From Macrostomum lignano (lineage: Eukaryota), in assembly GCA_002269645.1 (NCBI GenBank), contig NIVC01003481.1, positions 1 to 64,000 of the forward strand: a DNA stretch of 64,000 nucleotides, in the 5' to 3' direction. Positions 28,714-42,051 of the stretch are shown here, piece after piece (positions within the stretch are counted from its first letter, which is position 1; each line of letters starts with the position of its first letter). A program made the position numbers and the translations under genes. The notes under the pieces are model-generated. The model searched no databases and was not told where the DNA came from. It was given only the letters and a program-made list of their open reading frames with translations.

Positions 28714-29935
28714 TTGACTGTGACTGAGCCTGAGATAGGGGCCATAGACACATTCTGACTGTGACTGAGCCTGAGATAGGGGCCATAGACACATTCTGAC
28801 TGTGACTGGGCCTGAGATACGGGCCATAGACACATTCTGACTGTAATTGGGCCTGAGATAGGGGCCATAGACACATTCTGACTGTGACTGAGCCTGAGAT
28901 ACGGACCATAGACACATTCTAACTGTAACTGGGCCTGAGATAGGGGCCATAGACACATTCTGACTGTAACTGGGCCTGAGATAGGGGCCATAGACACATT
29001 CTGACTGTAATTGGGCCTGAGATAGGGGCCATAGACACATTCTGACTGTGACTGAGCCTGAGATAGGGGCCATAGACACATTCTAACTGTAACTGGGCCT
29101 GAGATAGGGGCCATAGACACATTCTGACTGTAACTGGGCCTGAGATACGGGCCATAGACACATTCTGACTGTAATTGGGCCTGAGATAGGGGCCATAGAC
29201 ACATTCTGACTGTGACTGAGACTGAGATAGGGGCCATAGACACATTCTGACTGTGCATGAGCCTGAGATAGGGGCCATAGACACATTCTGACTGTAACTG
29301 GGCCTGAGATACGGGCCATAGACACATTCTGACTGTAATTGGGCCTGAGATAGGGGCCATAGACACATTCTGACTGTGACGAGCCTGAGATAGGGGCCAT
29401 AGACACATTCTGACTGTGCATGAGCCTGAGATAGGGGCCATAGACACATTCTGACTGTAACTGGGCCTGAGATACGGACCATAGACACATTCTGACTGTG
29501 ACTGAGCCTGAAATAGGGCCATAGACACATTCTGACTGTAACTGGGCCTGAGATACGGGCCATAGACACATTCTGACTGTAACTGGGCCTGAGATACGGG
29601 CCATAGACACATTCTGACTGTGACTGAGACTGAGATAGGGGGCATAGACACATTCTGACTGTGACTGAGCCTGAGATAGGGGCTATAGACACATTTTGAC
29701 TGTGACTGGGCCTGAGATACGGGCCATAGACACATTCTGACTGTGACTGAGCCTGAGATACGGGCCATAGACACATTCTGACTGTGACTGAGCCTGAGAT
29801 AGGGGCCATAGACACATTCTGACTGTGACTGAGCCTGAGATACGGGCCATAGACACATTCTGACTGTGACTGAGCCTGAGATAGGGGCCATAGACACATT
29901 CTGACTGTGACTGAGCCTGAGATAGGGGCTATAAA
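28714..29935. repeat. 41-bp minisatellite
   Basis: Unit GGGCCTGAGATAGGGGCCATAGACACATTCTGACTGTAACT. Confidence 0.96.
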
Positions 29936-30574
29936 CACAAGCTGATTGAAACGAAGACAAGGACCAAGGCCGCATTTTGGCTGAAACAGATGACGAGATA
30001 CATAAGGGCCATTTTTGTACAGGTGTGTGAGCTATATGCCGATGGTGGATAAGCTTTGCAACACATCTTTCCATATTGTGCAGCTAAGCATGGCATAGGA
30101 TTGCAGTTCCAGTCCTGTAGTGGTGCAGCCGTCTGTGAATTACTAAGCAAAGGAAAGAATCTAAAACATATCAGCTAGAATGGCCTTGGGTGGGTCATTA
30201 TTCACACCTCTCCGCTCTTAGCCAGCTTAATAGCTCCCCACTGCCTGGGTGGCAGCATGAATTAATGATCAGCTTAATGCCGCCATGGATACTCCACTCT
30301 GGCTAGTGAATAGTTTTAATAAAATAAAACTGAATAGGCGACTCCTGTGATTGATGGCATTGTTAGACTCTAGATGCTAAATGCAATACCAAATAGAAGT
30401 TTGCTGTTCTTTTTCAATAATAGCCCTAAATACATAATATCCATCTACTTAATTTTTTTTTATTTTCTCGGCTTGCTACTGTAAGTAGGCATGTTGTGCG
30501 TTTTAATAATGAAATAATAAAATAAGAACTAGGTCACACACACGTAGCTTCCAAGTTCTTATCGGCTTTTGAAG

Positions 30575-31611
30575 CATTCCCAAAGCGGCCTCAGACACAT
30601 TCCCAAAGCGGCCTCAGACACATTCCCAAAGCGGCCTCAGACACATTCCCAAAGCGGCCTCAGACACATTCCCAAAGCGGCCTCAGACACATTCCCAAAG
30701 CGGCCTCAGACACATTCCCAAAGCGGCCTCAGACACATTCCCAAAGCGGCCTCAGACACATTCCCAAAGCGGCCTCAGACACATTCCCAAAGTGGACTCA
30801 GACACATACCCAAAGCGGCCTCAGACACATACCCAAAGCGGCCTCAGACACATTCCCAAAGTGGACTCAGACACATACCCAAAGCGGCCTCAGACACATT
30901 CCCAAAGTGGACTCAGACACATACCCAAAGCGGCCTCAGACACATACCCAAAGCGGCCTCAGACACATTCCCAAAGCGGCCTCAGACACATTCCCAAAGC
31001 GGCCTCAGACACATTCCCAAAGCGGCCTCAGACACATTCCCAAAGCGGCCTCAGACACATACCCAAAGCGGCCTCAGACACATTCCCAAAGTGGACTCAG
31101 ACACATACCCAAAGCGGCCTCAGACACATTCCCAAAGTGGACTCAGACACATACCCAAAGCGGCCTCAGACACATACCCAAAGCGGCCTCAGACACATTC
31201 CCAAAGCGGCCTCAGACACATTCCCAAAGTGGACTCAGACACATACCCAAAGCGGCCTCAGACACATACCCAAAGCGGCCTCAGACACATTCCCAAAGCG
31301 GCCTCAGACACATTCCCAAAGCGGCCTGAGACACATTCCCAAAGCGGCCTGAGACACATTCCCTAAGTGGACTCAGACACATTCCCAAAGCGGCCTCAGA
31401 CACATTCCCAAAGCGGCCTCAGACACATTCCCAAAGCGGCCTCAGACACATTCCCAAAGCGGGCTCAGACACATTCCCAAAGCGGCCTCAGACACATTCC
31501 CAAAGCGGCCTGAGACACATTCCCAAAGCGGCCTCAGACACATTCCCAAAGCGGCCTCAGACACATTCCCAAAGCGGCCTCAGACACATTCCCAAAGCGG
31601 CCTCAGACACA
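30575..31611. repeat. 23-bp minisatellite
   Basis: Unit CAGACACATTCCCAAAGCGGCCT. Confidence 0.96.
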
Positions 31612-32276
31612 GTCAAAGAGCTTCTATCAGACCAGCCTTTAATGACGCAACATTGTAAAATCGCTTCCCTAATACCCCCAAACCCACCCCAAAGAAAGTG
31701 ATTTGAGTTTACTAAGATTTTAAACTGGCGCGTTGTGCTCAGGGATTGTATCGCTGGAGTGACTCAGTCGAATGGTGGATTTCTAGCCTAGAAGTGGCGG
31801 GTAGCGGAGCAGAGCTGAGGCTTAGAGCAGTAATTCTGCAGCGGACTTAGTGCTGCTAGTACAGCAGCTGACTCGCCTTTTGACTCGCAGCTTTAGGCTT
31901 GGTACATAATTGTATGCAAATTGTTTTGACCAGACCATGGCCCCTACCCCACACGAAGGATTATGGCCAATGACTCACGCCAGATATTTTGAACGGTCAG
32001 ACCGCTTAGTCCTCTAAATAGCCGCAAACTGTAGCCCCCCAGACTGAAACTGACCCAGACTTCTATTTAAACAAAAAACACTTTTTTCACTAAATGCCAT
32101 TTGTTGCAATTGCTTGGCTAACAAGTTGTCTGGGAATGGTCAACTCAAACTTTTGCGAGTCATTAACTCAATGAGTGCGCAACGAATGGCGTTGGTTTAA
32201 ATTTTAGCGCAATGATTTATTGCGGTTAAATTTATTCAAATCAAAAAGAGAGTGGCGAGACCGCAGCGGAGCAGAT

Positions 32277-32942
32277 AGCGGAGAGGGCAGTGGAGAGGGT
32301 AGCGGAGAGGGTAGCGAAAAGGGTAGCGGAGAGGGTAGTGGAGAGGGTAACGGAGAGGGTAGCGGAGAGGGTAGTGGAGAGGGTAACGGAGAGGGTAGCG
32401 GGTAGCAGAGAGGGTAGCGGAGAGGGTAGCGGAGAGGGTAGCGGAGAGGGTAGTGGAGAGAGTAGCGAAAAGGGTAGCGGAGAGGGTAGTGGAGAGGGTA
32501 GTGGAGAGGGTAACGGAGAGGGTAGCGGAGAGGGTAGTGGAGAGGGTAACGGAGAGGGTAGCGGGTAGCAGAGAGGGTAGCGGAGAGGGTAGCGGAGAGG
32601 GTAGCGGAGAGGGTAGCGGAGAGGGTAGTGGAGAGAGTAGCGAAAAGGGTAGCGGAGAGGGTAGTGGAGAGGGTAGTGGAGAGGGTAACGGAGAGGGTAG
32701 CGGAGAGGGTAGCGGGTAACAGAGAGGGTAGCGGAGAGGGTAGCGGAGAGGGTAGCGGAGAGGGTAGTGGAGAGAGTAGCGAAAAGGGTAGCGGAGAGGG
32801 TAGTGGAGAGGGTAGTGGAGAGGGTAACGGAGAGGGTAGCGGTAGCAGAGAGGGTAGCGGAGAGGGTAGCGGAAAGGGTAGCGGAGAGGGTAGCGGAAAG
32901 GGTAGTGGAGAGGGTAAGGGAAAGGGTAGGGGGAGGGTAGCG
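32277..32942. repeat. 12-bp GGAGAGGGTAGC minisatellite
   Basis: Direct inspection; variant units recur in higher-order blocks. Confidence 0.95.
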
Positions 32943-33578
32943 AGTGGGGCACAGATTAAAACAAGGAAAACCAGCACAAAAGTCCATATTCCAGAACACA
33001 GGCAAGGCGAAAGACGCAGAAAGAGCTGACATGGAGATGCGCAGTTCCGAAGAGGCTGGCGAGTGTTTCATTTCATTTCACACAATTAGACTAATATATA
33101 CTCGTAGAAAAGCATCGCCCAAGTCCCAATCCCCAGAGGTAGTCTATTCCCCATTGCCTGGACAGAAATAGGTCGGCCAAAACTTATCGGCCATTCCCTT
33201 GGTTCCTATTCTAGTTAATTTTGTTTTTAGGCCTCCCCTCTACAAGCCAGAACAAGTGCGCACTTGATGCAGCTCTGGATCATCTGCGCACTTTCTTCTG
33301 CAAATTTTGCAGCTTGAACTAACGGGTAGGTAAGGACAGGTCTTAGTTTAGTTTAGCCAAGCGGTCTGGTTGCAAACATTTTCGGTGCAAATTTTAGCAC
33401 CTTGCTGTGCGTCTTGACATTCTTTGCGAGCTTGCATGCTGGCGTTCGCGAGTAAAGCTATCAGAAATCAAAAGGGGTTTCCGACCGCCAGAATCCTAAA
33501 ATAATTCTAAACTCAGTAAGCAATACCCGTCAGAATCTATCTAGTTACAGAAAAAATCGGCCTTCAAAAAACACTCAC

Positions 33579-33785
33579 CTGAGGCGGCGCTGGCAGCCAG
33601 CACGATGAGCTGCGTGAGCCGCTGCGCACTGCCAGCCGGGCTGCCAGCCAGGCACTGGTACAGGCCGGAGTCCCCGGCCACCAGACCGCGAAGCCGAAGC
33701 TCCTGGCCGAGTTGGCGAACGAACGGCGGCTTCTGGGACAGCGGCTGGCCGTCCTTCACCCAGTCGATGGACGGCTGAGGGTTGC
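33579..33785 (-). CDS. unc-40/DCC-like: DCC/neogenin-like receptor, exon D (Ig4 C-half)
   Basis: cctttcag|GC AAC...TCA G|gtgagt; (G)NPQPSIDWVKDGQ...DSGLYQCLAGSPAGSAQRLTQLIVL resembles DCC Ig4 ([22 protein letters not shown], recalled). Confidence 0.92.
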
Positions 33786-33845
33786 CTGAAAGGATGTTGT
33801 GAGCGACTCCGGATCTCTCTGGATTATTTAGTTCGATACTACACA

Positions 33846-34481
33846 ATCCCCCTCTCGATTGTTCATTCCGCAATTCCCCTCGATTGTTCATTCTGCAATT
33901 CCCCTCAATTGTTAAATCCGCAATTCCCCTCTCATGATTTTTCATTCCGCAATTCCCCGCGTCTCGATTGTTCATTCAGCAATTCCCCCCTCTCGATTGT
34001 TCATTCCGCAATTCCCCGCGTCTCGATTGTTCATTCCGCAATTCCCCTCTCATCATTGTTCATTCCGCAATTCCCCCATCTCGATTGTTCATTCCGCAAT
34101 TCCCCGCGTCTCGATTGTTCATTCCGCAATTCCCCCTCTCGATTGTTCATTCCGCAATTCCCCCTCTCGATTGTTCATTCCGCAATTCCCCTCAATTGTT
34201 AATTCCGCAATTCCGCAATTCCCCCTCTCGATTGTTCATTCCGCAATTCCCCTCAATTGTTAATTCCGCAATTCCGCAATTCCCCTCTATTGTTAAATCC
34301 GCAATTCCCCTCTCATGATTTTTCATTCCGCAATTCCCCGCGTCTCGATTGTTCATTCCGCAATTCCCCCCTCTCGATTGTTCATTCCGCAATTCCCCTC
34401 AATTGTTAATTCCGCAATTCCCCTCTCATGATTTTTCATCCCGCAATTCCCCCTCTCGATTGCTAATCCCACAATTCCCCT
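33846..34481. repeat. ~27-bp minisatellite
   Basis: Units of type TCGATTGTTCATTCCGCAATTCCCC(CT). Confidence 0.93.
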
Positions 34482-35271
34482 TTGGATTATTTAGCTGTTG
34501 GTCTAAATTCCTTCCTTGGCAATGCCAGAGAGGTCAACACAATCTACTGTTTCGCTAAGAACTCTTGGCGTAAATGCTGGTGGCCATGGGCTCGCCAATT
34601 TGCAGGTCAAACTCCCCTTTACCCTCTAATCCCCACAGAATTTCCCTATTCTGTGAAAAGAAATAGCCGAAATCCCAAATAAAATAATCTCAAATAGCAT
34701 TAATGAAATCCATTTCTTAGTCGAGTGGAGAAGGCGGTGAGCTAAGCGAGTAGTCACGAATTCCCTGCCCCCCCCCCCCTATTCCGCTATCCCAATTCGT
34801 TTTTCCTCTCCTAGTAGAGTTCCTCTATCCACAGTCGATCCGGTTACTGTTATTAATAATCATAATCTTGAGCAAAGCAAGCAGCGGCTCGGGCAGCACA
34901 CAAGGAATTGGGAAGCAGTTCAGATGACCCCTGCCCCCCCCCCCCCTAGCACTGCCTGGCCTCAATATGGGTGTTTACCCGTCTGCTGCTTCTGCCGCTG
35001 CTCATTCGGTGTATAATAACAGTGGGAAGCTGCGCGACCTCCAGCCTCTACCCCTGCTCTCACACAAGTGCACGCCAGCTCTCGGACCCTGACTAATGAG
35101 AAAGGCTATTGCCCAGTTTCACTGAGGTGAGAACTGAGTATCAAGCACATGTAGATTAGCTGGACTAAATCAGACAATAATCCACTTGCTAGATCGTCTG
35201 AGTTCTTTTAATTTTAACAAATAAGAAAATAGATCAAGAAACACGCGGAAAAAAAGAGAAAAGAAACATAA

Positions 35272-35965
35272 CAGAGTGACAAGGTTCACAAAAGAATGGC
35301 AAGTAAGAAGAACCACGCGAGAGTGACAAGAAACACGCAAGAGTGAGAAGAAACACGCGAGAGTGAGAAGAAACACGCGAGAGTGACAAGAAACACGCAA
35401 GAGTGAGAAGAAACACGCAAGAGTGAGAAGAAACACGCGAGAGTGAGAAGAAACACGCGAGAGTGACAAGAAACACGTGAGAGTGACAAGAAGCACACCC
35501 CAAGAGAGTGACAAGAAGCACACCCCAAGAGAGTGACAAGAAGCACACCCCAAGAGAGTGACAAGAAGCACACCCCAAGAGAGTGACAAGAAGCACACCC
35601 CAAGAGAGTGACAAGAAGCACACCCCAAGAGAGTGACAAGAAGCACAACCCAAGAGAGTGACAAGAAGCACACCCCAAGAGAGTGACAAGAAGCACACCC
35701 CAAGAGAGTGACAAGAAGCACACCCCAAGAGAGTGACAAGAAGCACACCCCAAGAGAGTGACAAGAAGCACACCCCAAGAGAGTGACAAGAAGCACACCC
35801 CAAGGGAGTGACAAGAAGCACACCCCAAGGGAGTGACAAGAAGCACACCCCAAGAGAGTGACAAGAAGCACACCCCAAGGGAGTGACAAGAAGCACACCC
35901 CAAGAGAGTGACAAGAAGCACACCCCAAGGGAGTGACAAGAAGCACACCCCAAGAGAGTGACAAG
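35272..35965. repeat. Compound array: 20-mer then 25-mer
   Basis: AAGAAACACGCGAGAGTGAC then AAGAAGCACACCCCAAGAGAGTGAC. Confidence 0.95.
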
Positions 35966-35977
35966 ACCGCCGCTCAC

Positions 35978-36219
35978 CCGTCGCGTCGCAGCGAAGCGTG
36001 GCCGCTCCGCCAACGAAGGCCGTCACTGCGCCGCTTGGCAGCGGAGCGTCGCCGTCGGGCGCGTCGAGGAACCGCGGCGGCGATAGAACGGCCAGCTCCG
36101 TCTGGGTGTAGATCTCTCGGGACTCGCTGCCCCTGGCCCGGCAAACGTAGCCGCCCGAGTCCGAGGCCTGCAGCGAGGCAAAGTGCAGCGAGCCCTGGCC
36201 CACCTGGAGCACTCGCTCG
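35978..36219 (-). CDS. unc-40/DCC-like: DCC/neogenin-like receptor, exon C (end of Ig3, start of Ig4)
   Basis: cttcaccag|C GAG...ACG G|gtgagc; ERVLQVGQGSLHFASLQASDSGGYVCRARG...TELAVLSPPRFLDAP...ATLRCDAT, with the D.G.Y.C Ig motif and an ELxVLxPPxFL junction as in DCC. Confidence 0.92.
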
Positions 36220-36259
36220 CTGGTGAAGGGAAGAATTTGGGGAACTGGATTAAGATGGG

Positions 36260-36945
36260 GAATTTCTTTCGGAATTCTCCGAGAATTTTCCAAGCTTTTC
36301 TGAAATTTCCCGGGATTTCCAAGGATACCCTGAAATTTCCTGGAATTCCTGCCCGAAATTTACCGGGAATTTCTGGGATTTCCCCAGATTTTCCTGGAAT
36401 TTCTCAAGATTTTCCTGGGATTCCGCAAAACTTTCCTTAGATTCTTCGAGGCTTTCCTGGGATTCCCCAAGGTTTTACTGGGATTCCCCGAGTTTTTCCT
36501 GGATTCCCTAAGGTTTTACTTGGATTCACCAAGGTTTTCCTGGGATTCCCCAAGGTTTTCATGGGATTCTCTTTGGTTTTACTGGGATTCCCCAAGGTTT
36601 TACTGGGATTCCCCGAGTTTTTCCTGGATTCCCTAAGGTTTTACTTGGATTCACCAAGGTTTTCCTGGGATTCCCCAAGGTTTTCATGGGATTCTCTTTG
36701 GTTTTACTGGGATTCCCCAAGGTTTTACTGGGATTCCCCGAGTTTTTCCTGGATTCCCTAAGGTTTTACTTGGATTCACCAAGGTTTTCCTGGGATTCCC
36801 CAAGGTTTTCATGGGATTCTCTTTGGTTTTACTGGGATTCCCCAAGGTTTTCCTGGTATTCCACAAAATTTTCCTGGAACCCCCCAAAACTTTCCTGCAG
36901 ATCCTTAAGGTTTTCCTGGGATTCCCAAGATTTTTCCTGTGATTT
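36260..36945. repeat. Degenerate ~21-bp repeat with 125-bp higher-order unit
   Basis: GGGATTCCCCAAGGTTTTCCT subunits; identical blocks offset by 125 bp (ORF starts 36561 and 36686). Confidence 0.9.
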
Positions 36946-37369
36946 CTCTAAGATTTCATTCAGACTTCAGGTCTGTTTGAGGCTACCTTGAGATCCACAC
37001 TGTGGATTATCGAGCTTTCCTTGAAATCAGATTACGTTTACTTTATAAAATACGATTCAACTAATTTCAATAGTTTGGCCCGAAATTTTCAAAGCTTGAA
37101 AACTATTCAAGACATAATTATTGTTTGCTTTTTCTCTGATGAAAACATCTGCTGTTGGTGGCTCACATTACCAGTCCAGATGTTAGCCAACGGGACCCTT
37201 GGACCAAGTGAAAATAGATGTTTACTAGCAATCTTCGCCCCCCGTTGGGGGACATCTGGATAGAATCTCTGTTCTCTACAAGTAACAAAAAGACAGCCAA
37301 ATAAAGACTCCACAAAGACGACAGACAAACTGCTCAAATAAAGTGTAATGCAAAAAGAAATCATCCCAA

Positions 37370-38756
37370 GACAGCAAGCATCCCCCAGATAGGAAGCATC
37401 CCCCAGATTGCAAGCATCCCTCAGATAGCAAGCATCCCCCAGATAGGAAGCATCCCCCCTCCCGGATAGCAAGCATCCCCCAGATAGCAAGCATCCCCAA
37501 ATAGTAAGCATCCACCATATAATAAGTAGCTAGTGCTACAATTTCCTTAGCTCTATAGTGGCTCCTTTAAAATTAGCATGACGCTTACTTTTACGTTTTA
37601 AATTGTGTAAATTTTATGTTTGACATGGTGGCTCTTTAATGTTCGACATGGTGGCTCTTTAATGTTCGACATGGTGGCTCTTTAATGTTAGACATGGTGG
37701 CTCTTTAATGTTAGACATGGTGGCTCTTTAATGTTCGACATGGTGGCTCTTTAATGTTAGACATGGTGGCTCTTTAATGTTCGACATGGTGGCTCTTTAA
37801 TGTTAGACATGGTGGCTCTTTAATGTTAGACATGATGGCTCTTTAATGTTTGACATTGCGGCTCTTTAATGTTTGACATGGTGGCTCTTTTATGTTCGAC
37901 ATGGTGGTTCTTTTATGTTCGACATGGTGGCTCTTTTATGCTTGAGATGTTGGCTCTTTACTGTTTGACATGGAGTCACATATATGTTTGACATGGTGGC
38001 TCTTTTATGTTTGACATGGTAGCTCTTTTATGTTTGACATGGAGTCACGAATATACTTGACATGGTGACTCGTTATTCTTCGACATGGTGGCTCTATAAT
38101 GTTAGACATGGTGGCTCTTTAGTGTTCGACATGGTGGCTCTTTTATGTTTGACATGGTAGCTCTTTAATGTTCTTCATTGTAGCTCTTTTATGTTTGACA
38201 TGGAGTCACGAATATACTTGACATGGTGACTCGTTATTGTTCGACATGGTGGCTCTATAATGTTAGACATGGTGGCTCTTTAATGTTCGACATGGTGGCT
38301 CTTCTATGTTTGACATGGTAGCACTTTAATGTTAGACATGGTGGCTCTTTTATGTTTGACATGGAGTCAAATATATGTTGGACATGGTGGCTCTTTAATG
38401 TTCGATATGGTGGCTCTTTAATGTTTGACATTATGGCTCTTTAATGTTTGACATGGTGGCTCTTTTATGTTCGACATGGTGGCACTTTTATGCTTGACAT
38501 GGTGGCTCTTTACTGTTTGACATGGAGTCACATATATGTTTGACATGGTGACTCTTTAATGTTTGACATTGTGGCTCTTTTATGTTTGACATGGTGGCTC
38601 TTTTATGTTTGACTTGGTGGCTCTTTTATGTTTGACATGGTGGCTCTTTAATGTTAGACATGGTAACTCTTTAATGTTCGACATGGTGGCTCTTTAATGT
38701 TTGACATGATGGCTCTTTAATGTTCGACATGGTGGCTCTTTAATGTTTGACATTGT
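37370..38756. repeat. ~18-bp array (37370-37510) and 23-bp array (37614-38756)
   Basis: AGCATCCCCCAGATAGCA-type units; GACATGGTGGCTCTTTAATGTT(C/A/T). Confidence 0.93.
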
Positions 38757-38794
38757 GCATTTTTTTAGCATTTTCTGTTTTAAGGTTTTTGAAT

Positions 38795-38871
38795 AAAAAA
38801 ATCTTTTTGCACTACTAAGATTCGAATCCAGGTCGCTGCATTAGCAGTCCAGTCTGTTCGCATCCATGCTA
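38795..38871 (-). pseudogene. Degenerate tRNA-like / Pol III unit
   Basis: Minus strand TAGCATGGATG (A-box-like), GACTGCTAAT (Ser-GCT-like anticodon loop), GATTCGAATC (B-box-like), then a T run; acceptor stem not recoverable. Confidence 0.35.
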
Positions 38872-39492
38872 TCTCTTGTCAATTGGAGAACTTGAATTGT
38901 GGCCCTTATAATTAAATTCTTATAGCAAATCGGTTAGAGTAAAAAGTTATGACATAATCAATTTCTCAGTCAGCCAGTATCAGTCTTAATTAAAGTTAGC
39001 AATATTAGTTACGCAATTTCAATCAAGTTTTGTGTGCATTTCTTCGGCACTGTTTTCAACTGGTTGTGATGTAATCCTTATCACAATTGGAATTTAGTCA
39101 GTCAGTTTTTTCTCTAGTATTCTTTCAATGCATTTCAGGTCGAAAGAGCTGCTTGACCTTTGCAAAAAAGCATGTTTTTTCGAATATTTAATCCCTTTAA
39201 CATTGAGCAATTTCTTAGCCAAGATGCATGTACCGTCCCAGGAAAATTTCTGATCGAATGGTGCAAGTTTGAAAAAAATCGGTTGAGCCATTTTTTCTGA
39301 AATCTATCGCATACCTACCTACCCACAGACAACTCATTTTTAGTATATAGGAAGGATTGTGACATTTGGAAAATCGCGATTTCAAAATTGCGAGACTAAA
39401 GCCGACATTCAATCAAGGAATTCTGGGCCTAGAATCTGGAAAAGAGCCTGTTATCGTTTCAGTTAGAGGCATGGAAACATTCAGAATGGTAC

Positions 39493-40610
39493 GTCTCACA
39501 CATTAAGAATCTCACAAGTCTCATTCAGAATCTCACAAGTCTCACATTCAGAATCTCACAAATCTCACATTCGGAATCTCACATTCAGAATCTCACATTT
39601 ACAACCTCACACTCAGAATCTCACACTAAGAATCTCACATTCAGAATCTCACATTTACAACCTGACACTCAGAATCTCACACTCAGAATCTCACACTCAG
39701 AATCGCACACTCAGAATCTCACATTTACAACCTGACACTCAGAATCTCACACTCAGAATCTCACACTCAGAATCTCACACTCAGAATCTCACACTCAGAA
39801 TCTCACACTCAGAATCTCACACTCAGAATCTCACACTCAGAATCTCACACTCAGAATCTCACACTCAGAATCTCACACTCAGAATCTCACACTCAGAATC
39901 TCACACTCAGAATCTCACACTCAGAATCTCACACTCAGAATCGCACACTCAGAATCTCACACTCAGAATCGCACACTCAGAATCTCACACTCAGAATCGC
40001 ACACTCAGAATCTCACACTCAGAATCGCACACTCAGAATCTCACACTCAGAATCTCACACTCAGAATCGCACACTCAGAATCTCACATTTAGAATCTCAC
40101 ATTTACAACCTCACACTCAGAATCTCAAACTCAGAATCTCACACTCAGAATCTCACACTCAGAATCTCACATTCAGAATCTCACACTCAGAATCTCAAAC
40201 TCAGAATCTCACACTCAGAATCTCACACTCAGAATCTCACATTCAGAATCTGACACTCAAAATTTGACATCCAAAATCTCCTATTCAGAATATCACATTC
40301 AGAATATCACACTCAGAATCGCACACTCAGAATCTCACACTCAGAATCTCACATTTAGAATCTCACACTCAGAATCTCACACTCAGAATCTCACACTCAG
40401 AATCGCACATTCAGAATCTCACATTTACAACCTGACACTCAGAATCTCACACTCAGAATCTCACACTCAGAATCTCACACTCAGAATCGCACACTCAGAA
40501 TCTCACACTCAGAATCGCACACTCAGAATCTCACACTCAGAATCTCACACTCAGAATCGCACATTTAGAATCTCACACTCAGAATCTCACACATCTCACA
40601 CTCACAATCC
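39493..40610. repeat. 14-bp TCAGAATCTCACAC minisatellite
   Basis: Direct inspection. Confidence 0.96.
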
Positions 40611-41297
40611 TACAAATCTTCCATTCATACATCATTTCCGCATCAGCTGTTCTTAGCAACTGTCAGTTAAGCTCTAAAGCCCCCAGTTGACCTCCATATC
40701 AGCAGCTCGCCATCTCTCCAACCCAGCCCTCTCGGCCAGCCTGTCCCCAAGGAGATCCGCGATAGCACAGCGCTTATTATAAGCTAAGCAGGCAGACAGC
40801 AGCGCTCCAGTTTCCGGTGTGTGAGTCACCGATTGCTTCCTCCCCCGCAACTTCCTGGCACCTGGAAAAGTCGTTTATAATGCCACCGTGGGGCTAATTT
40901 TTCTTCTTCTTCAATTAACGACTAGAGCTCTGAGTCAGCTGCGGATGCCAGTTCACCTCTCTCGCTTGTTTTTTCACACCTGCGCTTCCACTTCAGGAAT
41001 CGCAGCTCAGAGACAAGCTAATTTATATACACGATTGCAGTAATATTTGCTTTTGTGAGCAAACAAATGCTTTCGCATCGCTGCCATTCCTTTCGAATTC
41101 TATTTCCTGCCTATAGCCTACTTCTTCTAGAAGAGAGCAGAGCTGAGCTGCCTGATTGCTGCGCGGATAAGTGCTTCCGGACTGGGTTAGCTCTTCGACG
41201 CTCACGGGACTGAAAATAACTCTCACACAGGGTGAACAGTGGGTGTACAGTTACTCCAGGGGCTTTTAGATTTCTCCCTCTGTCTCTCAGCTATTCG

Positions 41298-41560
41298 AGG
41301 GGTTCTAGCCTAGCGGTTAGGGCGTCGGACTCACTACTGAAAGGTCGGGAGTTCGATTCTCGACCCACTCAAAACAATTTGTGTCCTTGAGCAAGACACT
41401 TTAAAATGGGTGCCAGCATTAGCTGGGGTAATTGAGGGGGTGTGTGGCGACCCCCCCCCCTCAGTCCTTGGACTGAACAGCCGTACGCAGCCTTCAGATG
41501 CACCGCGCAATAGCTGCGACTGAGCTGTCGGTTGCACATCTGCCCATTATTATTATTATT
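41298..41560 (+). mobile_element. tRNA-derived SINE, copy 2 (internally deleted CORE)
   Basis: A box TAGCCTAGCGG, B box AGTTCGATTCT, ccttgagcaagacac|tttaaaatgggtg, ~75-bp 3' segment nearly identical to copy 1, (ATT)n tail. Confidence 0.8.
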
Positions 41561-42051
41561 GTCATTTCCTTTGAAACAGAGACAAACTCAAGCTAGAAAA
41601 AGATAATAACAGACTGTTTTTATCGCGAGCTTTGAGCTGTAAGTCTAAGATCAGCCAGGCTCACTGCAAACATGATCATTGAGTGGCTTCTGTTCGGACA
41701 TCGTCTGCATGCTGCATTTTTTGCAATATGAAACTCTCTTCACCGTTCCTCTCTCTCGCACACATACTGTTTAGTCTGTCGGCAAACAGAACAAAATGCG
41801 CGATAGCTGTGTGGGTCTGAAACAGGCAAAGCCTAAGAGATGAATTGGTGTGGTTTAATATCTTCATGGCTGCTGACTAAATGTGTGCTAAACTGGGCTC
41901 TTAGCTGTTCTCTTCTTGGCTCATATTCGACACGCTAAAAAAGTGCATTACATTTTGCACAGTCTGCCAGAAGGCTCGGATATTTCCGGAAGCATGCTGT
42001 ACGTTTCATTTAGCAGTGTGTTTGGCGTGGAAACCGAGCTGAGGTACGTAC

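Noticed and set aside
37015-39420. TTCCTTGA / TCAAGGAA as terminal inverted repeats of the AT-rich island
   Set aside because: Only 8 bp match, no TSD; within chance expectation.
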